DNA from: Bacteroidota bacterium | GTDB lineage: Bacteria > Bacteroidota > Ignavibacteria > UBA10030 > SZUA-254 | Assembly: GCA_020056225.1 (NCBI GenBank) | Contig: JAGVIE010000017.1 | Span: 251-64,250, forward strand | Length of the DNA stretch: 64,000 nt | Direction: 5' to 3' | In this document: positions 51,551 through 61,181 of the stretch, in pieces | Numbering within the stretch: position 1 is the stretch's first letter | How the letters are laid out: each line of letters begins with the position of its first letter | Notes under the pieces: generated by a model | What the model saw: the letters and a program-made list of their open reading frames with translations, nothing else | Databases searched by the model: none | Told to the model about the DNA's origin: nothing | Made by a program: the position numbers and the translations under genes

Positions 51551-53680
51551 TTATTTCTTTGCGTAATAATATTTCGTTGTATATTCTTCAACCATCCTGT
51601 GCGTGTTATAAATGGGAATAATGGATCGCATGGCGTTTCTCATTTTCTCAATCCACTTACGGGGTATTCCATTCTTATCACGCTGATAAAATAATGGAAT
51701 TACATCGTTGCTTAGCACTTGATAGAGTGATTCGGCGTCCCTTCTATCTATTTCTTCGGGAGTCAGTGAATCTTTCACTTTTTCACCGATAGCCCACCCG
51801 TTCTTGCCATTATACGCTTCATTCCACCATCCGTCAAGAATGCTGAGATGCAATCCGCCATTGATGGAAATTTTTTGTCCGCTTGTTCCGCTTGCTTCCA
51901 AAGGACGGCGCGGCGTGTTAAGCCAAACATCGCAGCCTGCAATCAGGTGGCGCGCTACATTCATATCATAATTTTCGATGAAAACAACTTTGCCGAAGAA
52001 TGGATGCTGTCGCGTCATGTTGATTACCTGTTTAAGATAATCCTTCCCTTCATTATCGCGCGGATGAGATTTCCCGGCATATACAATCTGGATCGGTCTA
52101 TGAGGATCATCGAATAATTCCTGTGCTCTTACTATATCGTTGAATAAAAGAAGAGCACGCTTATAAGGCGCGAACCGACGTGCGAATCCTATCGTAAGTG
52201 AATCGAATGAGAGCAGACGATATAGCGCATCTTCACCGGTTGGACCGCCAAAAGTATGCTGCTGCTGGGCGCGTGATCGCAGGAATTCGATGAGTTCCCG
52301 TCTCAATTCATACCGAAGCGCCCAAAGTTCTTCATCCGATACTATTTTGGGGTTCGTGACATGCTGCCAGAATTTCGGATCGCATAGATGAGATTTCCAT
52401 CTATGAGAATTGTGCCTTTCCCAGAATTCCCATGACCGTTGCAGTGTCCAGCTTGGAATATGTACGCCATTAGTAACATGCCCGATCGGTACCTTTTTCG
52501 ATTTCAATCCCGGAAACAAATCTATCCACATCAAACGCGATATGTCCGAATGTTTTTCGCTTACTGCATTTGCTGCTCTTGACAGTTTTAGACCGAGAAC
52601 CGTCATGATAAACTCGGCGGAATCTTCTGTACTTATCGTTTGACCGAATCGCATGAGTTCCTTGATCGAGATTTTCATCCAATCTGCGAAGGGCTTCAGC
52701 GTAAACTCGATCAGATCACCAGGGAATCTATCATGTCCTGCAGGAACAGGTGTATGGGTAGTAAAGATACATTGATCGCGTACTAATTGTTTTGCTTTTG
52801 TTTTCGGGACCCCTTTTGATATTTGCTCCCTTAGAAGTTCTAACGTTAGGAATGCTGCGTGACCTTCGTTCATATGGAATACTGCCGGTTGAATTCCGAG
52901 TGCACGTAAAAACCTGACGCCACCGATTCCGAGAACGATCTCCTGTCGAATACGGGTGTTAATATCGCCTCCGTATGCACCGGCAGTCAAACCCCGGTAA
53001 TGCTCTTCGTTTTCAGGAACATCGGTATCGAGTAAATAAATCTGGCATCGTCCGACATTGATTCTCCATCCTTGAAAGTGTACTGTACTGTTCCCGATCG
53101 TTACCGTACAGATCAATGTTTTCCCCGAGTCATCCGCAACAATTTCTACAGGTATATTGGATGGATCGGTTGTCGGGTAACTTTCTTGTTGATGACCATT
53201 AGGGTCAATGTGTTGTTGGAAATATCCATGCCTGTAAAACAGACCAACCCCGACTAAAGGAAGTCCAAGATCACTTGCCGATTTTACGTGATCTCCTGCG
53301 AGCACGCCAAGACCGCCTGAATAAAACGGCAGACATTCATGAATTCCAAATTCCGCACAGAAGTATGCTATAGGATCGTGTATTCTTTTTCCGCCATTTA
53401 TATTGGGAAAGCGCGGCTTGTAATCCATGTATGCTTCGAAAGAGTCGAGTACGCTCATTAGACGAGCAAGAAAATCTTCATCACCGAGGCGCGCTCGAAG
53501 CTCAGTCTCGGAAAATTGTTTACGTACAGCAATCGGATTATGGTTAGTCGCTTCCCATGTCAGGGGTGAGAATTCCTCAAAGATCGCCTGTGCGCGCGGA
53601 TTCCAGCTCCACCACAAATTATACGCCATCGCATCAAAGCGTTTCAATATTGCTTTTACATCGCGTTCTGTTTTCTTCAA
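51551..53680 (-). CDS. glgP: Alpha-glucan (maltodextrin/glycogen) phosphorylase, GT35
   Basis: NLWWSW, YSGGLGVLAGD, HMNEGH, FTTHTPVPAGHD, ARRFAPYKR, EASGTSGQK. Confidence 0.95.
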   Translation of the reverse strand: MKKTERDVKAILKRFDAMAYNLWWSWNPRAQAIFEEFSPLTWEATNHNPIAVRKQFSETELRARLGDEDFLARLMSVLDSFEAYMDYKPRFPNINGGKRIHDPIAYFCAEFGIHECLPFYSGGLGVLAGDHVKSASDLGLPLVGVGLFYRHGYFQQHIDPNGHQQESYPTTDPSNIPVEIVADDSGKTLICTVTIGNSTVHFQGWRINVGRCQIYLLDTDVPENEEHYRGLTAGAYGGDINTRIRQEIVLGIGGVRFLRALGIQPAVFHMNEGHAAFLTLELLREQISKGVPKTKAKQLVRDQCIFTTHTPVPAGHDRFPGDLIEFTLKPFADWMKISIKELMRFGQTISTEDSAEFIMTVLGLKLSRAANAVSEKHSDISRLMWIDLFPGLKSKKVPIGHVTNGVHIPSWTLQRSWEFWERHNSHRWKSHLCDPKFWQHVTNPKIVSDEELWALRYELRRELIEFLRSRAQQQHTFGGPTGEDALYRLLSFDSLTIGFARRFAPYKRALLLFNDIVRAQELFDDPHRPIQIVYAGKSHPRDNEGKDYLKQVINMTRQHPFFGKVVFIENYDMNVARHLIAGCDVWLNTPRRPLEASGTSGQKISINGGLHLSILDGWWNEAYNGKNGWAIGEKVKDSLTPEEIDRRDAESLYQVLSNDVIPLFYQRDKNGIPRKWIEKMRNAMRSIIPIYNTHRMVEEYTTKYYYAKK

Positions 53681-53744
53681 TCTTATTCCTTTCTAACCAT
53701 AAAAGACAAAATAAATTTAAAATATTTCCGATATAAAACAAACT

Positions 53745-53778
53745 AAATAAAATACCCCGGCATGAATTGCCAGGGTAT
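53745..53778 (-). terminator. Intrinsic terminator
   Basis: Minus strand ATACCCTGGCA-ATTCA-TGCCGGGGTAT followed by TTTTATTT. Confidence 0.75.
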
Positions 53779-53796
53779 CGTCAATTGAATGGATGT

Positions 53797-56700
53797 CTAT
53801 TTCACTAAGACCATTTTTCCCGAATGTGTGAAGCTCCGATCGATATCACTAATCCCGGCAGCCCTGATTGTATAAAAATAAATTCCGCTTGCTACAGGCA
53901 TATTATTATGATTCAACGAATTCCATTCGACCGTTTTATATCCTGCAGTTTGAACTTCGTTAAGAAGTGTGATAATATCCTGCCCTAATTCATCATAGAT
54001 TTTTATAGATATAAGTGCATCAACAGGTAGTGCGTATTTAATCGATGTAGTCGGATTAAATGGATTCGGATAATTGGGTTCGATGGAAAATTGTTTTGGT
54101 AATTCGATTGCGACTAAACTCTTAATCGATATCTTCGAATCCGAACCTGTAACTTTAACAGCTCCTGAAGCAGTCATCGGAATGTCTTTACCGGCGACTG
54201 TAATTACTAATGGAGATGAAGATGAATTTATCTTCCATTCAATGGTCAGAGGATAGTATTCAGCTTTGACATCAACAGGTATTTCTTCTTGTTGATTTGA
54301 TTCTATCATCTCCATTGATCGGTTAGTTCTGAAGCGAACGTCGAATGCACCGGCAGGTGGAAGAGGCGGCAATTCATATCTAGCTGTAAAAATATTATCG
54401 CTCTTCTGCGCAAGAAATAATTTCTGACTTGTTCCGCGCGCATCTTTAATAATAATCTGATTCAGATTTTCCGACCTTTGCTCTCTTGCCAGGATTTTAT
54501 GTACTACAACCGGTTGTTGAAGTACTATCTTGCCCACTCCTGATTTGATCCAGTAAGCTTTACCCGGTTCAAGTGTATCGGCTGACTGGTAAGAACCTGA
54601 ATAACAGAAGAAATCACTCTTTAGTATATCAAGTGGATCGGTCGTAATTGTTGATACTGGTACCTTCTCGGTAATCGAACCGATAAGGTTCCAGCCGTCG
54701 TTTGTAATATTGATACTATCGACCAAAATATCACGGCCTATGATAGAGAATGTGGTATCCTTTGAGAATTTCAACCAGTAGCCTAAGCTATTTTCCAATT
54801 TAGTTACACTAATATACTGGGTTGTAAATTTGAAAGCATCGGATATTGCAGTTGGAAATAACGTTGTTACTGCGGAATCAGCAACGACACGTGGCAACGA
54901 GATCATATTCCATGTTTCTGTGACAGATACATCTGTCTTATAACTTCCATCGTTGCTGAAATAAACCGGATCGATAATTAGATCGCTCATTGTCAAATCC
55001 GAAGTCCGATTCGTCAGGATGTTTTCATAACCTTTATCGTTATCGATATCTGTTTTCCAATATTTATATTCTATGCTTTGACCGCCCTGAATAGAAATAG
55101 TTTTGGAATATATTTCATCATAATTCGGATCTGTAAGTGTGTCAGGAGTTCCCCACCCGTTGAATGAACCCCGCACCAATACTGCATCGATCGATGGATT
55201 AAACAATCCTTTAATAATCTGAATGCTCATATCGACCTGGAACGTGACATCAACTGAAAGCATCTCATTATTGAAGAAATAAGTCGGCAGAGGCATGTCG
55301 CTTCCGCCTAAATCATATATACGATTCGATGAACTTTCCCAATCCATACTCGCACGCAGCGTCTTCCAGAATTTAAATTCATGACTTCTGTTTGATTCAA
55401 CCGCGAATATTTTAGTATAGATACTATCATTATCGAGATCCGACAAAGTTGTTCCTGTTTGCCAGCCGTTGTGAGTTCCGGGTATACTTACAACATCGCC
55501 TAACTCCGGTAGGAAATTACCTTTCCGTATCTGCACACGCATATCTACGCTATACGTAACATTCACATCAGCATTATTGAAATAAATTACTGCCAATGTT
55601 GAATCACTTGTACCGGTTAAGAGTGTATGATTAGTGGAACTCTCATAATCCAATCCGCTGCGATATGTCTTCCAGAATTTATATTGATAGGATTTATTTT
55701 CTTTGATGGAAATCGTTTTTGTATAGATGCTGTCATTATTCAGATCATCCAACGTATCTGGTTTGCCTGGTGCGTTTCCCCAATTATTAAATTCACCTCT
55801 TACAGTAACCTGATCTCCCGAAGTAATTATAAAATCACTGTTACGCATCATCATCTTCATATCAACCTGAAACGTAAGATTCACATTTTTTGTGAACACT
55901 GCACGTATGCTGTGATTCATTATTACGTTTATAAAGGTATAACTCGAAGCGGTATCTACCGAAACATCGTCGACAATTAGACTGTCAATATAATATCCGG
56001 GATCGGGAGTTATTGTAAAAGTTGTATCGTCTCCATCTGCAACAATCACCGAGCCGGATGGATTGATGGTGCCATTGATGCCGGCGGCGGCAGTAATTGA
56101 ATATGTCGGTGATGATACGATGTATGAATAGTTCAAACCTGAATTATTATCATGACTGATGGTGACCAAATCGTAATTTGAGGTCGGGTTTGTAAGAGTT
56201 GTTGAGAATATATAATATTTCACTGAAGTTCCGCCTGTCTCCGCAGGGATTGTTGCAGTTCCACTCGCGCCGATGAAACTGACCTCAGCTAATGTCGAAC
56301 TCGCCCAATTATCTGTTGTATACCGAACGTAGACGTTTTCTTCGGCAGATTTAGATGTATTTAGAGTAACGGTAACAGCTACCGGTGTTGATGATGTTAC
56401 AGAACCCGGCAGTGGTAATTGAGTTACGGAAGATATCGTTACAGGTTGCGCCGAAGTTTCCATCCAAATCGCATCAGTGTTTGCATAACCATTATCCTTA
56501 AAATTTACATTGTAATATTTGCCATCCGATAGTGTTATAGTATTATTTGCCGGATCTTCCTTTATATAAGTTTGAACGGTGTTCATTACGACTGTCACAC
56601 CCGACCATTTATTATTAGAATATCCTCCGACCGGACCGCTTGTGAAAAGCCATTGATATGTACCTGCCGATGTATCTGCGCCGGAGACATCAATGTGTAT

Positions 56701-56922
56701 AGTAGTGCGATACCGGCGCGTAGCTAAGGAAGCATCAACTAAAAATGTTCCGCCGGTCTTCTGAATACCTGCAAATGAATTAATGTAAGGAGGATTTGTC
56801 CAATTATTGAAATCTCCGGGCATATTCATTCCCTCGGGGGGCCATACTTGACTAAGAGCCAATGGATTCAGCATCAAAAATAACATGACGCTTAGTGAAA
56901 TAAGTAATAATTTATGCTTCAT
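53797..56922 (-). CDS. Non-catalytic T9SS multi-CBM protein (CBM21-like motif, Ig repeat, three CBM20/48-like repeats, shared pre-CTD module)
   Basis: VYVRYTTDNW; three V.F.VDM...D.V...G.FN.W...D...D.IY...YKFWK repeats; no GH catalytic motifs recognised; CTD NYPNPFNP...KMVLVK. Confidence 0.75.
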   Translation of the reverse strand: MKHKLLLISLSVMLFLMLNPLALSQVWPPEGMNMPGDFNNWTNPPYINSFAGIQKTGGTFLVDASLATRRYRTTIHIDVSGADTSAGTYQWLFTSGPVGGYSNNKWSGVTVVMNTVQTYIKEDPANNTITLSDGKYYNVNFKDNGYANTDAIWMETSAQPVTISSVTQLPLPGSVTSSTPVAVTVTLNTSKSAEENVYVRYTTDNWASSTLAEVSFIGASGTATIPAETGGTSVKYYIFSTTLTNPTSNYDLVTISHDNNSGLNYSYIVSSPTYSITAAAGINGTINPSGSVIVADGDDTTFTITPDPGYYIDSLIVDDVSVDTASSYTFINVIMNHSIRAVFTKNVNLTFQVDMKMMMRNSDFIITSGDQVTVRGEFNNWGNAPGKPDTLDDLNNDSIYTKTISIKENKSYQYKFWKTYRSGLDYESSTNHTLLTGTSDSTLAVIYFNNADVNVTYSVDMRVQIRKGNFLPELGDVVSIPGTHNGWQTGTTLSDLDNDSIYTKIFAVESNRSHEFKFWKTLRASMDWESSSNRIYDLGGSDMPLPTYFFNNEMLSVDVTFQVDMSIQIIKGLFNPSIDAVLVRGSFNGWGTPDTLTDPNYDEIYSKTISIQGGQSIEYKYWKTDIDNDKGYENILTNRTSDLTMSDLIIDPVYFSNDGSYKTDVSVTETWNMISLPRVVADSAVTTLFPTAISDAFKFTTQYISVTKLENSLGYWLKFSKDTTFSIIGRDILVDSINITNDGWNLIGSITEKVPVSTITTDPLDILKSDFFCYSGSYQSADTLEPGKAYWIKSGVGKIVLQQPVVVHKILAREQRSENLNQIIIKDARGTSQKLFLAQKSDNIFTARYELPPLPPAGAFDVRFRTNRSMEMIESNQQEEIPVDVKAEYYPLTIEWKINSSSSPLVITVAGKDIPMTASGAVKVTGSDSKISIKSLVAIELPKQFSIEPNYPNPFNPTTSIKYALPVDALISIKIYDELGQDIITLLNEVQTAGYKTVEWNSLNHNNMPVASGIYFYTIRAAGISDIDRSFTHSGKMVLVK

Positions 56923-56974
56923 ATATACTCCATTAGTTATTGGATGATTGTGGATAGCAAAATCAGCAACTTTA

Positions 56975-59900
56975 TCATTTCATTAAAATCATTTTTCTTG
57001 TTTCGGTGTAAGCTCCGCTTCGCAACCGGTAGAAATACATACCATTCGGATATTTATTACCGTCCCATTCTACATTATAAACACCCGGTTCTTTCATATC
57101 ATCAACCAATGTCTCCAGTTCTCGCCCTATTAAATCATAGATCTTAATGACAACATGATTTGAGAACGGTAATTCATATTTGATTGATGTTGTTGGGTTT
57201 AACGGATTCGGATAGTTTTGATATAAGGAAAATCTGGTCGGCAACTGTTCTACATCCGAAATCTCAAGTATTACTGAGAATGGCGGTGATGTCAACTCAA
57301 CATCTCCGATGGAACCGATTGGAATCGTTCTGCCATCTATTTTTATATTTACCTTCAATGACTGGACAGGTAATTGACATTGCAATCTAACCGGGTATTC
57401 AACGGAAGATAAATTGATTGGAAAAATGCCAGCTACGCCGTGCGAAATTAATTCGACATTTCTCTGAGATGCATACCGCACATCAAATATTCCGAGAGGA
57501 GGAATCGGCGGCAAACCATATAAATCATCGTTTGAATCCTTATTGGCTCTTGTACCGAAATATAACACTTGTCGATGATGCGCTGCGTCTACAATTACCA
57601 GCTTGCCGTATCCCTCGATGGCGCAGTTTATGTTTTTTCTTGTAATAATATTACCAATGTTCAAATCTTTCATAACAATCTTGCCCGCAGTATCCGTTTT
57701 GACCCAGTAAGCTTTAGCGGGCTTTATTGTATCGGCAAATTGATAGCCGTCTCCATAAGTATAAAATGGGGAAATAATATTTCCTTCAGGTATCTGGAGA
57801 ATAGAAGCGGCAAGAATCTGATTCGATATTGAACCGATCATATTCCAACCGGCTTTTACATCGAGAGTTTCTAGCTCCGTGACGAATCCAGTAAACGGAA
57901 TATCTTCTCCCGAAGCAAACTTCAACCAATAACCAACTCCAACCTCCAGCGAAACTTGAGAGACATAACCAGAATCCTGTGAATATGAAAATGCGTCTGA
58001 AATCGAGGCAGGGAATAAATGCTCCTTGGTATTATCGTACAACCACATCGGCAATGAAACCATATTCCAAGCCGGATCAAAATGATACGAGTTTGTTGTT
58101 TGTGTTACAGTAAATGACCATACAGTTGAATAAGTGCTTATTCCGGCAATATTTTTTGAACGCACTCGCCAATAATATTTTGTATTGTTCGAGAGAGGTC
58201 CAACCTGTTTTGACGATGCTACTATTGTTGAATCATCGAATACCGTTAAGTTAAAAGTAGAATCCTCGGATACCTGAAGCCGATAGGTTTGTGCATTAGA
58301 TACAGTGTTCCAGTTCAAAAATGGTGTGCTCGGCTGATGTTCATTGCTATCGGTAGGCGCTGATAAAGTCGGCACTAAAGGTGGCCCATAAATTCTCATA
58401 TAACCGGATGTGTTATGAATGCTATCCCAAATCCCGCCGCCATTTGTACTATACCCGCCAAATACATACTCACTGCCGGAGAATTGGAATCTACTTGTGA
58501 AATAATAAATCCCGTCGGGTAAGGTTGCGCCAAGGTCTAATTTATATTCGTCGTAACCGTTAATGTCAAGATTATATGTTGCCGGAATCCACGATGTCCA
58601 AGTTGATGGATTACTATTTGAGTTATTGTATCCGAACCATGCCTGCAGACCCGAACCCTGTCCGGATGAATCGGTTATACCCATGCCATACGCCCGTGCA
58701 TATACTGTAACGAAATTGCCTATGGTGAACTGCGCGCTTAAAGGGTATTGCAAATTACAGTTTGTGATCTGCTTCTGACCGTAATACGCGTAATAATTCA
58801 ATCGCGTAATAACGCCGCTCCATGCGGTTGTATTCTGATCGTTTGGACAAGCATCGAAGGTCGCTTGTGAATTTTGATTTCCCGTTAGATACATTTGAAT
58901 TCCAAGCAATGAGGGTGACCCCATTGCTGATTTTAATATCCTGCCTTCGATCCAGCCATCAGAAGAAATATCGCTATTAATATTCTCAGCATATTCGGTT
59001 GAATTTAAACCTGTTCCAACTCCGCTCCATGAAGAACCATTCCATGTATGGAATTGTGCGCCGCCTGAGAATGAGCCGCGAAAAACATAATCCGGTTTGT
59101 TAGTATGATTATAGAGAATACTTCTGCCCCAGCTATCAGCCGATCCGCCACCCAGTTTTGTATTGAGAGCGAAAGCCCAATTCATCCACTGTCGAGTCTT
59201 GACCTTAGCGCCGAGGTAGAAATAGTTTTGATCCTGAGTAACGTAAATCTCTTTCACCGAAGCACTATCCCAACCGGCAAGTGTATCCGCAATAAGGAGC
59301 GCTTGCCCCCAGATGCCGTTTCCCTCGAAAGTACCGTCTAAAAGAGGATGGTTTAATACGTTCATCATAAAAGTTGTGGAAGCAGTATCATCATGCGGAT
59401 CGATAACATTCAGGGTTACATTGAAAACAGCTACATCAGATTCAGCCGGTGTCCCAATTAATTTCCCGGAAGTCGATACCGATAGCCATGCCGGATTTCC
59501 CGACAATGAAAATGCCAACGAGTCGTTATTAGGATCGCCATAGCCAGTTTGATATTCATACGGTGTATTGATAAAAACAGTTTGATCTGCAATATCGACT
59601 ATGTAAGGTGGATGGTTAATATGCAGTGTAGTATCAGGGACGTAAATAACATATCCTCTTGGCGGTGCCCATAGCTCTACCCTTCCATCAACAGCAGATT
59701 GTTTATCTATCGCAACACCTGTAAAATCTCTGAACACCTGATTTGGATAATCAGTGTTAACCCATACACCTCTCCATCCTGATGAATTATCATTGATTAC
59801 CAGATATGTCGCCGGACGACCATCCCCGCCGTTTCTGCGAGCGACGTAAATATCTGCCGCTTGTTCATCTTGCGTTCCTGACCCACCAACATACCATGGA

Positions 59901-61126
59901 TTCAGTCCACTGCGTTTTGTAGTTCCACCCCATAAATAATTCTGTCGTATCCATAACAAGGTATCGATCTTTCCGCGCAATCCGTAAATGTAATAATCTC
60001 TGAACCAAACGCAGGGCCTTCCTTCCGAAAACAATGTGTACGCATACGCCATGTCTTTATTGTAAATTATCGGATTGTGCGCCGCAGGATTATCTATTGA
60101 GCCATCGTATCCGGCGCGGTCAACATCATGATTTTCAACAAATGTAACGACATCATATCCGGATGTGCCGTTGTTAATTAAACCTGCGCCATCCAACCAT
60201 GTCATGTTATATCCGCCGGAAGTATTGTTGCACATCTCCTTAAGGTCAAATCTCAAGGGAAAATCGAACATCGAAACAGTTCCACCATAATATTTACACC
60301 AGTAGAGCCAATTCTGAATTCCGCTAAGTCCATCATAATCCTCAGCGACAGCAAAGCCACCGGCATTTGTTTCCTGAAGCCATGGACCGACAAAGATCGG
60401 ATCAATTGATTTTACTTCATCGATTCGAAAACCATCAAACCCTAAAACCTGTCTGAGATATTTTCCCCATACGATTAAACTATCTTTAACTTTACTTTGA
60501 GCGTGGGCAAGTATTTCTCCGAATTTATAGATCGGGTCGGTGGGACCATGATAAGGCGGATTGACATCGCATGTTTGCTGGTTCGGATAGAAGAACGTCG
60601 CGTCTTTCAGAAATCTGCCGGAACCATACTGGTAATTAAAAACCAACCACCCAGAATCGGGATATGTGGGATATGGTTTACAATCGTAAGATACTTTCTG
60701 ATCAGCGCCATTCATATGTCCCATGACAGCGTCGGCGAAAACCTGCATTCCATTGTTGTGGAAAGTATTGATCATTTGAGTCAATTCCTGACGGCTTCCG
60801 AAACGCGTTTCAATTGATCCTTTCTGGTCGAATTCACCGAAGTCATAATGATCGTAAATATCGTATCCCATTGAGTATGTCCCGGCTGCGCCTTTCGTTG
60901 GCGCCGGTACCCATACTGCACTAAAGCCCGAAGATGCCAATGCAGGCGATAATTTTGCGAGAGAATCCCACCAGATACCACCGGGCGTAGAGTTCCAATA
61001 AAATCCCTGCAAGAAGGCATCTGACTTTGGCGTACTCTGAACTCTGACCGGATTATTATGTGTTTGGCTGAGTAGTCGGCATGTCAACAAAAGGAAAACT
61101 AATAGGATATAAACAATCTTATTCAT
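56975..61126 (-). CDS. T9SS-secreted alpha-amylase (GH13_7-like) with Ig, FN3 and accessory domains
   Basis: GGIWWD, KG..G.YSMGYD.YD..DFGEFDQKG..ETRFGSRQEL, GFDGFRID, VAE, FVENHD; CTD; start placed at MNKIV (61126) to give a normal signal peptide. Confidence 0.9.
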   Translation of the reverse strand: MNKIVYILLVFLLLTCRLLSQTHNNPVRVQSTPKSDAFLQGFYWNSTPGGIWWDSLAKLSPALASSGFSAVWVPAPTKGAAGTYSMGYDIYDHYDFGEFDQKGSIETRFGSRQELTQMINTFHNNGMQVFADAVMGHMNGADQKVSYDCKPYPTYPDSGWLVFNYQYGSGRFLKDATFFYPNQQTCDVNPPYHGPTDPIYKFGEILAHAQSKVKDSLIVWGKYLRQVLGFDGFRIDEVKSIDPIFVGPWLQETNAGGFAVAEDYDGLSGIQNWLYWCKYYGGTVSMFDFPLRFDLKEMCNNTSGGYNMTWLDGAGLINNGTSGYDVVTFVENHDVDRAGYDGSIDNPAAHNPIIYNKDMAYAYTLFSEGRPCVWFRDYYIYGLRGKIDTLLWIRQNYLWGGTTKRSGLNPWYVGGSGTQDEQAADIYVARRNGGDGRPATYLVINDNSSGWRGVWVNTDYPNQVFRDFTGVAIDKQSAVDGRVELWAPPRGYVIYVPDTTLHINHPPYIVDIADQTVFINTPYEYQTGYGDPNNDSLAFSLSGNPAWLSVSTSGKLIGTPAESDVAVFNVTLNVIDPHDDTASTTFMMNVLNHPLLDGTFEGNGIWGQALLIADTLAGWDSASVKEIYVTQDQNYFYLGAKVKTRQWMNWAFALNTKLGGGSADSWGRSILYNHTNKPDYVFRGSFSGGAQFHTWNGSSWSGVGTGLNSTEYAENINSDISSDGWIEGRILKSAMGSPSLLGIQMYLTGNQNSQATFDACPNDQNTTAWSGVITRLNYYAYYGQKQITNCNLQYPLSAQFTIGNFVTVYARAYGMGITDSSGQGSGLQAWFGYNNSNSNPSTWTSWIPATYNLDINGYDEYKLDLGATLPDGIYYFTSRFQFSGSEYVFGGYSTNGGGIWDSIHNTSGYMRIYGPPLVPTLSAPTDSNEHQPSTPFLNWNTVSNAQTYRLQVSEDSTFNLTVFDDSTIVASSKQVGPLSNNTKYYWRVRSKNIAGISTYSTVWSFTVTQTTNSYHFDPAWNMVSLPMWLYDNTKEHLFPASISDAFSYSQDSGYVSQVSLEVGVGYWLKFASGEDIPFTGFVTELETLDVKAGWNMIGSISNQILAASILQIPEGNIISPFYTYGDGYQFADTIKPAKAYWVKTDTAGKIVMKDLNIGNIITRKNINCAIEGYGKLVIVDAAHHRQVLYFGTRANKDSNDDLYGLPPIPPLGIFDVRYASQRNVELISHGVAGIFPINLSSVEYPVRLQCQLPVQSLKVNIKIDGRTIPIGSIGDVELTSPPFSVILEISDVEQLPTRFSLYQNYPNPLNPTTSIKYELPFSNHVVIKIYDLIGRELETLVDDMKEPGVYNVEWDGNKYPNGMYFYRLRSGAYTETRKMILMK

Positions 61127-61181
61127 CGAGAGCCTTGCTGTGGATTCAGTTATCAATGTCAGAAAATGATGATGTCTTCAA

